This document shows positions 11,474 to 20,657 of a stretch of 64,000 nt of DNA, one piece after another (the first letter of the stretch is position 1; the number at the start of each line of letters is the position of its first letter). The notes below the pieces were generated by a model. The model worked only from the letters and a program-made list of their open reading frames with translations, did no database searches and was not told the origin of the DNA. Source of the DNA: Heteronotia binoei (lineage: Eukaryota); NCBI RefSeq assembly GCF_032191835.1, contig NC_083237.1, forward strand, positions 558,001 to 622,000. Reading direction: 5' to 3'. The position numbers and the translations under genes are program-made.

Positions 11474-11504
11474 TGACATCATTTGCCAGAGTTCTGTGAC
11501 CTCA
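11474..11504 (+). promoter_or_regulatory. Two CRE-like elements (TGACATCA 11474-11481, TGACCTCA 11497-11504) upstream of the protease ATG
   Basis: The motifs are seen directly, 60-95 bp upstream of the ATG. Function is inferred from CREM-dependent germ-cell promoters. Confidence 0.35.
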
Positions 11505-11566
11505 CAGGGTGTGCCGAGAGGCCCCTCCCACTCCGGGCGGCTGCCATGGACTTCTGAGTGCAGCCA

Positions 11567-14500
11567 ATGGCCCCTCTGCTGCTCCTCCTCCTCCTCGCCC
11601 TCCTGGTCTTCGTCCCAGGGGCTGGGGCCTGGGCAAAAGGTACTGGGACTTGGGGGGGGGGACCTGTGCCCTTCCCCTGGCCACTTCCACCCCCCCCCCG
11701 GCATCTTCCCCTCCCTCCCTCTCTCTGGGGTGATCTCCCCTCCCTCCTCTGACCAGGATGCCCCAGGCTGACCCCCCCAAGGGACTCGGGGCTGGGGGTG
11801 TCTCTGGGCAGGGAGGGGGGCAGAGAGTTTCCTCACCAGGGCTCTGTTTCTCTCCTCCTCTTCAGCCTGCGGCTTTCGGCCAGAGTTTGACGGGCCCCTG
11901 GCATCGCCCATGTCCGGGGGCCGCATTGTGGGGGGCACCAAAGCCCACCCTGGAGAATGGCCGTGGCTGGTCAGCATCCAGACCCCCAAGTACCACTTCT
12001 GCGGGGGAGCCATTATTCACCCCTGGTGGGTGCTCTCGGCGGCTCACTGCTTTCAGGATGCCACCAGGTACTGTGCGGGGAGGAGATGACGGACCAGCCC
12101 CCCTCTAGAAGCCCAGCCCTGCACCCCTGTCCCTCCCAGGAGAAGGGGGGTGAGGCCTGGAAGCACGGGGGGGGGGGGGGGCTCCTCCTGGCATGGCTCA
12201 CGGGGGGGGGGTGGATCTTGAAGGGTGCCCAGGCAGGCAGAATCCACAAGCTTTGCTTTGGGCATAACTTTGGTTGCTTCCTTGGCAATAAGTTGTAGCA
12301 GCCCGCTGTGTTGGTCCCAGGCACAATCCACACACGAGAGGCAGGGAATACTTCTCCCCTACTACTCCCCCCCCTCAATCAAAATGACATGAAACAGAGT
12401 GCCAGCTGTCCAGCCCCCCCCCCTTCCCCAGGTCGCTGGAGGTCTCCCTTCTCTGTCTGGTGTTGGGAAGTGAGGCAGGAGCTGCAGTTGCACTGAGGGT
12501 GGGGGGCCTGAAGGAGCAGGGCCACAAGCCCCCTCCCCCCTTCCTTCTGCTCCCCTGCAGGCCAGGAAAATGCCCCCCCCCCGTCTCTGCTCAACAAGGA
12601 TACCCCCCTCGTTTTCTGCAGGGAGGCCCCAGCAACCACTAGGGTGGGCCCTCCCCTCCTCTCCCGGCTACTCCCATCAGCTGCGCAAACAGGATCCCCT
12701 GTTAGATTTGGGGGGGGGGGGGGCTGCCAGAGGGCTTCTGGGCTCCAACCTGGCTCCTCTACTGGGGGGGGGGGCACAGAGCCCTCTGGGCCTGCAGTGC
12801 CATGCAGGGTCCCTGCCCCCCTCCTGCTTCAGGCCCAGAAGGGACCCTGGAGAAAGGATCCGTCACCACTGCACAATACGGTGGGCTCCCCCCCCCCACC
12901 CCTCCGTGCTGCCCCACTGCAGGTCGGGAGTCTGAATAGGCGTGGGGGCTGTTGCCAGCGGAGCCTTCAAACGGCAAGGAAGACTGGTCTGTCCAGGCCT
13001 CAGGCCAAGCAAGGATGACATCGGGGGTGGGGGGAGTGAAAACCCACGGCCTTCTCCCCACACCCTCGACTTCTCCTAAGTGCCTCAGAGGGGCAGTCCA
13101 GTTAGTCCCTCTGCCTTGCCGGGTGCACAAGATGGAGTCCCACGATAAAAGCGTGGCTGAAACAAAATGGCTCCCAGCAGCCAGCTCCTCCTCCTACATG
13201 GCCAAGAAGCAGACACTCCCTCCCCCCTGCCCCCTCCCCTCGTGGGCCCTCCTTCCCTGCATTCTTCCCAGCAGCCCCCCTCCCCCCAGCCTGTGTCACT
13301 GGCTTTTCCAAGCCCCCCAGCTGTTTGGTGGCTCTTCAGTAAGTGAAGCCTGAACTCCTTCTCAGCATGCAGAAGCCAGAAGAAAGGTCTCTCGGGGCAT
13401 GTAAAGAGTGCAGGCCCAGTTCATGACGTTCTCATGTGGAATTCCAGGTGGGAGGCAGGCAGGCATTTATTAACGGGGGTCTCTGCCAGTCTCTTGGGTC
13501 TACTACTTCTCCTGGCAGAGAATGGGTGTTGTTATGAGCCCAGTTGGCCCTGGGATTAGCAAGAAGATTCCCGGCAAACCCACTTCCTGGCTTCCCATCC
13601 TGATGAGGAATTCTGCAGGACTCTGAAAGCCTGCACTATTTTGGCTGCTCTCCTCGGAGCTCTGCTTCTGACTGGCTTCGGCACAGGCCTCGCCCAGCTG
13701 CCAACAGCTCTTGGGGCCCCAGAGGCCTCTCTGCTGCCCAGCCCTGAACACCCAGCAGCGGTGGCTGCCTGTCTAGCACCCGAGGGACCTTCCCGTCGTC
13801 ATCCGCAGCCCCCACGCACCCTCTTCTCAAAGCCCTCTTTGGAGCGCTGCAAGCCTCCCGAACCTCCCCTCCTCTGCTTCCGACAAAGAGAGCTGTGTTT
13901 TGCGAAAGCTTCTGCTCCTGGACTCTTTCCTTTCTCCCTCCCCTCAGGAGCCACAGCCTGAAGGTGGCAGCCGGCAGCAACGTCCTGGGGCAGAACAACG
14001 TCACCCGCTGGGTGCGCCGCATCTTCTGCCACCCGCTCTACCACCCCAAGACCTACGACCACGACCTGGCCCTGCTCCTCCTCCAGGAGCCCCTCCCCTA
14101 CAGCATCTACCACAGCGCCATCTGCCTGCCCGACAGCAACACGGTCCCTGATGACGACATGTGGGAGAGCTGCTTCGTGGCCGGCTGGGGGCTCACCAAA
14201 GCCGGTGGGTGGGTGGGCAGGCGAGGGACCCAGCCTGCATTTGGGGGGTGCCCCAGGCCATGCTGGGAAATGCCCCCTCTCCCCCCCCCCCCGCTTCCTG
14301 GCTGGATTGGTGGCCTGGAACTCAAGAACTGGCGGCTTGGAACCCCCCCCCCCCAACTGGGATTGTCCCTCCCTGCTTCGGTGGGCACCTGCCGGACTGG
14401 TGCGTGGAGGATCCCTCTCACCCAACACCTACCTCCACTTGAGGGCGGGCGACCAGTTGCCCCAGAGGCTGGGTTGCCAACCTGTGAGTCTGGGATGACA

Positions 14501-17500
14501 AGTAATCTTCAGACTCCCCCCGCCCACCCTCCCTTTGGAGAGCAGATCCTGTGGCATCATTTCTCCACTAAGCTCTCCCCACCCCCAAAGTGAAATCCCC
14601 ATGAGGGCATGGAGGCCAAGGCCTTCCTGTGGATCCCTGCCCCCCTTATCTGCCCACTAACTCCCCTGCAGAGCCATCCATTCTGGCCCCCTGCCTGCCG
14701 CCACCCCACCCGTGAGTTACTCGCTGAGTAAAGGAGAGCTTGTTTTCTGAGCCCATTTCCCAACAACTTCGCTGGAAAGGAAGGAAAAGCTTCCGTCCAC
14801 TTCCTCCACCCCCATGCAGGATTTGCAAACCTCTGTCAGGGCCGCCCTTTCTTGATGGAGGCATCCTGGACTCTTCCGCCTTTCCTCTTTTTAAGACAAG
14901 GCAACTAGAACTGCACATGGGATTCCACGTGAGTCCACACTGTAGCCAGGCCTGGTCCCCTAGGCAAGGCTAGCTGCTGATGCCCCCCCTTCCACTGATA
15001 ACGTCTCCGAGTCACAGGGAGAGTGCCCAGAAGGCTGATGCCCTAGCCTAGGCAATCACCTCTGACTGGAGCACTGCTCAATAAACTAGGGGCCAGCATC
15101 CCCCCCTCACTTCCTGCCAGTCCAAACCTCCAGCAGCAGATAGGTAAAGTGGGGGGAGGGGTCTCCAATGCTCCCCACCCAAAGCTTCATCTGCCAGTTT
15201 GCCCACCCCCCGCCCAATGCCAAGAGTCCCTCCTGCAGCTCTTCCCAGCCTGCTTTGCTTTTCACCCCTGGGGGCCAGACTTGGTGGGGGGAGGGAGGGA
15301 GTCCTCACCTTTGCAGCGGGATGGCCCCTCCTGGCTGGGCCCGCTAGAGGGGCTGTGGCCTCCCCCCTGGGTCTGCAGTCCCCAAGTCCGCTGGCTGAGG
15401 CAGGGCCCCCCCTCTCTTCCAGGGACCAACCGGGCCTCCTACACCCTGCTGAAGGCCCAGGTGGGCATGGTGAACTGGCTGCTTTGCAAACGCTGGCTGC
15501 CTTCCCTGACCAGAAACATGGTGTGCGCCGGATTTGAGGAAGGGGGCCGGGACGCCTGCCAGGTAGGGGGGCACTCTCCGCCTTGCCCCCTCCGAGGGCA
15601 GCTCTGGGCCCAGAAGCCAAGGCTGGGGAGGTTGGGGGAGCTTGGGGGGGAGGGCGCTGAAAGGGCAAAGGGGGCATGGGGGGAGGAAATGGGGAGAGTG
15701 CAGGCGGGGGCGGGGGGAAGCTGGCTGGGAGAGCATTCCAGAGCCCGTTTGGACCAAACTGCATTCCTTTTGCTGCTTCTGCAAAGATGCCTTGGCTTCC
15801 TTAGTTGAACAAAGCGGGAGTCAAGTGCACCTTTAAGACCAACCAAGTTTTATTCAGAATGAAAGCTTTCGTGTGCTCTCTAAGCACACTTCATCAGACG
15901 AGGGGATCAGGCATCCTGGGCTGAAATACATGCAGTTTGTTGATTAAGAGGGCAAACCGGCTGTGATCACATGGTGAAGCTGTGGCGTGGCCATTTGGTC
16001 TGGATAGCCTTAAAAGGTAATAAAGTTCCCTGCCAGTTGGTGTTTCCGCAAATCTGGGTAAATCACAAAAGGACATGCATTTCCTAGCTGTAGTCCACCT
16101 AATTTACTTATCAACATCAATCTATACATTATAAACATCATTCTAATCTGCCATTAGGGCAGCCGTCCACACAACACTCTCCTCCCTCCCTCCTCCCGCT
16201 TCTGCGTTCTCTCGTGCTCTGTGCCCTTCTGGTGTGGGGGAGTTCTTGGAGGAAGGCTGCACATTCTCCCTCAGGAAGGGGAGGGGCTGTGTGGAGCCTT
16301 GCTGCCTGCGGCTGGAGCTGGAAAGTTTGCAGCAGCCTGGCCCCAGACCTGGGGGGGGGAGCTGCCTGCAGGGCCACTCCAGGCCAGAGAGGGCTGCGAT
16401 CCAGGCAGGCCGGACAGGCCCTGCTCCCAACCTCTTCCCCTCGCAGTGCAGTTTGCGCCACCTGGCCCAGCAGAAGAGTTGGTGGGAAAGGAAAGACCCC
16501 ACCCCCCTGGGCATTGGCGCCTGCAGCCTCCTCCAGAGGATGGGCATTCTGGCCTTGGAGCCTGGCAGGGCTGGATCTGGGAGGGGCAGAGGGGGTGCGC
16601 CAAATGGGGTATGGAGTCCATTGTGTTCTATGGGACCATAAGACAGAATGGCCCATAAAAGGTGTCATTTTTTAATTTCCTCCCCCTCAAAAAACAAGCC
16701 TGGCCCCGAGAGCCACCAGAGGAGCAGGCCAGGGACTTGTAAGGGAGGGGGCGGCTCAAGCAAATGCCATGCGGGGGGGGGGGCTTGCTGGGCAACTAGA
16801 GCTCCCCCCCCCTTCCCTGCTGCTTGCCACGTCCCCTCCCCACAGCCGCCAGCAGGGGTGGGGGTGGGGAGGGTTACTCGATTCAGGTTCAGAAACGCCT
16901 GGAGATTTGGGGGTGGAGCCTGGGGGGACACAGGGACCCCAGCAGTGGGGTGCAGGGCCACAGAGCACCCATTTGATCTCTGAAGTCTGGAGAGCAGCTG
17001 TAATCCTGGGGGCTCCCTGGTCAGCCAGTAAGCTGGAGGCTGTCGGTGAAAGAGGGGACAGGCTTGGCAGAAGACTTCCTTCCTTCCTTCCTTCCTTCCT
17101 GAAGATGTCTGCCTTTAGGATGTTGCCCTCACCCGCCCCTCCCTTTTCTCTCTTCCGGCTGCAGGGAGACAGTGGTGGACCACTCATGTGCCGCCCGCCC
17201 GGCACCGGCACCCCTCCAGCCTGGTACGAGGTCGGGGTGGTGAGCTGGGGCCGAGGCTGTGGAGAAGCCCGGAGCCCGGGGGTCTACACTCGTGTCTCCA
17301 ACTTCCAGTCCTGGCTGGAAACCACTTCGGCCCAGGCCGGCCGACCCTTCCAGGTGCCTCAGACCCCCCTGAGCCACGCCCCCATGCATGGAGCCCCCCA
17401 GCTCTTTGACCCATGGCCTGAGGGGGGCAGCTCCAGCCTGCGGGTCACCCTCAGCCTCCCCTGGTCTCTGGCAGGGGCCGGGCTGGTCCTCAGCTGGCTG

Positions 17501-17512
17501 GAGCTGCTATGA
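11567..17512 (+). CDS. Trypsin-like S1 serine protease (339 aa) with signal peptide and hydrophobic C-terminal tail; PRSS55/testisin/acrosin-like
   Basis: Exons 11567-11639, 11866-12067, 13948-14204, 15423-15562 and 17165-17512 are GT-AG and phase-consistent. Activation site GGR|IVGG; catalytic motifs LSAAHC, DHDLAL and GDSGGP; S1-pocket Asp in GRDACQ; C-terminal [19 protein letters not shown]. Confidence 0.92.
15800..16150 (-). mobile_element. Penelope-like element 3'/pLTR fragment carrying a minimal hammerhead motif
   Basis: The minus strand reads ctcgtCTGATGAagtgtgcttagagagcacacGAAAgctttcattctgaataaaacttggttggtcttaaaggtgc. This matches the recalled squamate PLE terminus. A second partial copy lies at 39453-39501 (+). 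The boundary away from the hammerhead is approximate. Confidence 0.65.
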
Positions 17513-17604
17513 TGGACTGCCTGCCCACCGGGGGGCAAGAGGGCTTCGCCGCTGCTTCAAGGAACGCTGCAGAAGGCTGTTCTGGGGTGGGGGGGGCAGA
17601 GATC

Positions 17605-17610
17605 AATAAA
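17605..17610 (+). terminator. Polyadenylation signal AATAAA of the protease gene
   Basis: AATAAA lies 93 nt after the stop codon. Confidence 0.7.
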
Positions 17611-17754
17611 TATATTCTTGAGTCACCTCGGCTCTCTTGATGGGCAGGAGGCAGGGCCTACCTCTCCCCCAGGAAACAAGGCTTGAGGGGATTCAATGCA
17701 GAGCAAGAACCTGGGGAGGTGGAAGAGAAGAGGCTGCAATGTGCGGAAACAAGA

Positions 17755-18105
17755 TCTTGGGGGTACGGGTGGGCCGCAAATTAAATATGAGCAGCCAGTG
17801 TGATGCAGCAACAAAAAAGGCTAACACAGTTATGGGGTCTATTGAGGTATAACATGGGATGGAGAAAGTAGAGAAAGAAGTACTTTTCTCCCTTTCTCAG
17901 AATACAAGAACTTGTGGGCACTCAATGAAATTGCTGAGCAGTCAGGTTAAAATGGATAAAAGGAGGTACTTCTTCACCCAAAGGGAATTCACTGCCACAG
18001 GAGTGGAATTCACTGCCACAGGAGGTGGAGGCAGTTACAAGCATAGCCAGCTTTAAGAGGGGATTGGATAAAAATATGGAGCAGAGGTCCATCAGTGGCT
18101 GTCTC
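17755..18105 (+). mobile_element. CR1 ORF2 and 3' fragments
   Basis: ORF track gives KLNMSSQCDAATKKANTVMG and EKVEKEVLFSLSQNTRTCGHSMKL, typical of the CR1 ORF2 C-terminus. Confidence 0.8.
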
Positions 18106-18213
18106 TGTCCCTGTCTCGGCTTGGCTTCGCGAACGAAGATTTAAGAAGGGTGCAATAGTCCACGTCTGCACAGTATATATGTGTGTGTATATGTGAGTGT
18201 GTATATGTATGTG

Positions 18214-18249
<36 letters not shown>

Positions 18250-18257
18250 TTGGCCCC

Positions 18258-18786
18258 TGTGTGACACAGTGTTGGACTGGAGGGGCCACTGGCCTGATCC
18301 AACATGGCTTCTCTTATGTGACACAGAGTGTTGGACTGGATGGGCCATTGGCCTGATCCAACCGGGCTTCTCTTATGTTCTTATGAGACACAGAGTGTTG
18401 GACTGGATGGGCCATTGGCCTGATCCAACCGGGCTTCTCTTATGTTCTTATGAGACACAGAGTGTTGGCCTGGATGGGCCATTGGCCTGATCCAACCGGG
18501 CTTCTCTTATGTTCTTATGAGACACAGAGTGTTGGCCTGGATGGGCCATTGGCCTGATCCAACCGGGCTTCTCTTATGTTCTTATGAGACACAGAGTGTT
18601 GGACTGGATGGGCCATTGGCCTGATCCAACCGGCTTCTCTTATGTTCTTATGAGACACAGAGTGTTGGACTGGATGGGCCATTGGCCTGATCCAACCGGG
18701 CTTCTCTTATGTTCTTATGAGACACAGAGTGTTGGACTGGAGGGGCCATTGGCCTGATCCAACAGGGCTTCTCTTATGTTCTTATA
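18258..18786 (+). repeat. Minisatellite of 8 x ~67 bp CR1 3'-terminal unit
   Basis: Unit gagacacagagtgttggactggatgggccattggcctgatccaaccgggcttctcttatgttcttat, preceded by a (TA)n(CA)n microsatellite. Confidence 0.9.
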
Positions 18787-18789
18787 ACA

Positions 18790-19355
18790 TCCAAAATGCA
18801 AGAGGTCCTACTCCCACTGTACCCAGCATTGGTCAGGCTGTATCTGGAGTCCTGTGTGGAGTTCTGGAGGCCTCCCTTCAAGAAGGATGCGGATAGAGTG
18901 GAGTGGGTGCAGAGGAGGGCAAAAAGGATGCTCAGGGGCCTGGAGACCAGGAAGCCCTGCAAGGAGGAAAGGCACGGGGGGAGGGGAACTTGGGAAGGTT
19001 CAGTCTGCAGAAGAGGAGGCGGGGGGGGCAGGATTGCTCTCTGGAAGTCTTTGGAGGGCTGCTCCTTAGAGGAGGGCAGGGAGCTGTTCCTGTGGGGAGC
19101 AGAGGAGAGGACTCACCATCATGGGTTTAAGTGAAGGGCTGGAAGGTACAGCCTGGATACGAGGGAAAACATTTTACAGTCAGAGTTGTTCAACCGTGGA
19201 ATCAGCTGTGGTGAGCTCCCCCCCCCCCCCAACAGCAGTCTTCAAGGGCGGCTGGACAAACACTGATCAGGGATGTGCCTCTAGGCTGATCGTACCTTGA
19301 GCTGGGGGCTGGACTAGATGGCCTCGATGGCCCCTTCCAGCTCTGTGGTTCTGTC
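18790..19355 (+). mobile_element. Degenerate CR1 ORF2 C-terminal fragment with 3' tail
   Basis: ORF 18796..19134 reads EVLLPLYPALVRLYLESCVEFWRPPFKKDADRVEWVQRRAKRMLRGLE; it ends in ggactagatggcctcgatggccccttccagctctgtggttctgt. Confidence 0.85.
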
Positions 19356-19894
19356 CTTCTAGGCAGGGGAGGAGGAAGGGGAAGCTGGAATTCAGCCCAG
19401 GAGCCAAATCTCACTAAGGAGGGGCCCTCTCCCAGTAAGGAGCATTTGGGATTACTCAGGAGTCCGCAGCAGGCCCTCTGGGTGTGCTCTGCTCAGAGGC
19501 ATTCGCTTTCTTACTGGCAGGACACAGCTGAGGAGCTGTTGAGCCCCTGGTGGGAGGGGGGCCGGAGGGGAGGCCTTTCCCTGCAGGAGGAGACCCCTGC
19601 CGAAGAGTCCACAGCCCCTGACCCCGGCCGGCTGGGCAGCTCTGGCCTCTCTTGGCCGGGCGTGGAAACTGGCCGTGGGTGTGTTTGTGTGTGTGTGAGA
19701 GAGAGAACACTTCTTTCAGAGAATTGTCCTGTCTGGAACTGCCCTGGCCATGGCGGGGTGGGGGGTGGGCGTACTTGATGATTTGCCTCCTGTCCCAGAG
19801 CCCCAGACTACCTCCGCCTGCCGAGGCTGATGGGGGGGCCAGGGAGGGTCCAGGGAGCAGGGGAGGGCACTGCCAGGCCATTTGCCTGCCAGCC

Positions 19895-19975
19895 CCCGGT
19901 TCCGGAACCCCGTGATGTCACAGGGCAACCAGGGCGACCCTGGCTATTTACCTTCAAAAGCAGGACTCGCTTCAG
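19895..19975 (+). promoter_or_regulatory. Candidate ZMYND15 promoter and non-coding first exon
   Basis: ETS-like palindrome GGTTCCGGAACC (19898-19909), CRE-like TGATGTCA (19913-19920), RFX X-box-like GTCACAGGGCAAC (19917-19929) and donor-like CAG|GTAGTT at 19975/6. The ZMYND15 ATG exon is preceded by a splice acceptor, so a non-coding exon is required upstream. Confidence 0.4.
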
Positions 19976-20657
19976 GTAGTTGGGGGCACCAGAGCTGGCA
20001 GAAGGCGGGGGGGGGGCTGGGGGACACTTCTTCTGGGACCCCCCCGGGGTCTGGGGGGGTGGCATGGCTGGCCAGGGTGGGGTGGGCCTGACCTTCAACC
20101 CCCCCTGAGCCAGATGTGGGAGGGGCTGCTTGGTCAGGGGCCAGGGAGGGGCTAGAAACCTTCCCTGAGGAAAAGGGCCCCTTCTGCTCTCAAGGCAGGC
20201 TTCCCATTATGCTCCCCACACACACACACCCCTTGCTGGCTGCTGCAAGCCACTTGCTGAAGACCCCCACTGGATTGGGGCCCGCTAGCTCTCCTCTCCT
20301 CCCCCCGTCTCCTTCACTGCCAGTCTGGGGCCCCCCATGGTCACTCAGTTCGGTTGCCATGTGTGGGGGGGAGGCGGGTTGGTGGGGAGGCACGGAGGGG
20401 GCAGCCCTGGGGGTTTGGGGCTCCAATGGGGCAGTCGAGGTTGGTGGCAAGAGGCTCCAGTCGTCTCCTTCAGTCCAGCCAAGGGAGGTGGGAGCCGCTG
20501 GGGGTGGCCTGGGGCTGCGGGAGCTGCCCTGTTCTCTGTACATGCTCTGAGGAGTGGGGTCTTACCCTCCGGGGCAGCCCTGGAGAGAGCCTCTGGGGTG
20601 AGCCCCAGGGGGCCGGGCTGCCTCTCACGGCCTGGCCCCGGCGGTCCCTCCCCAGAT

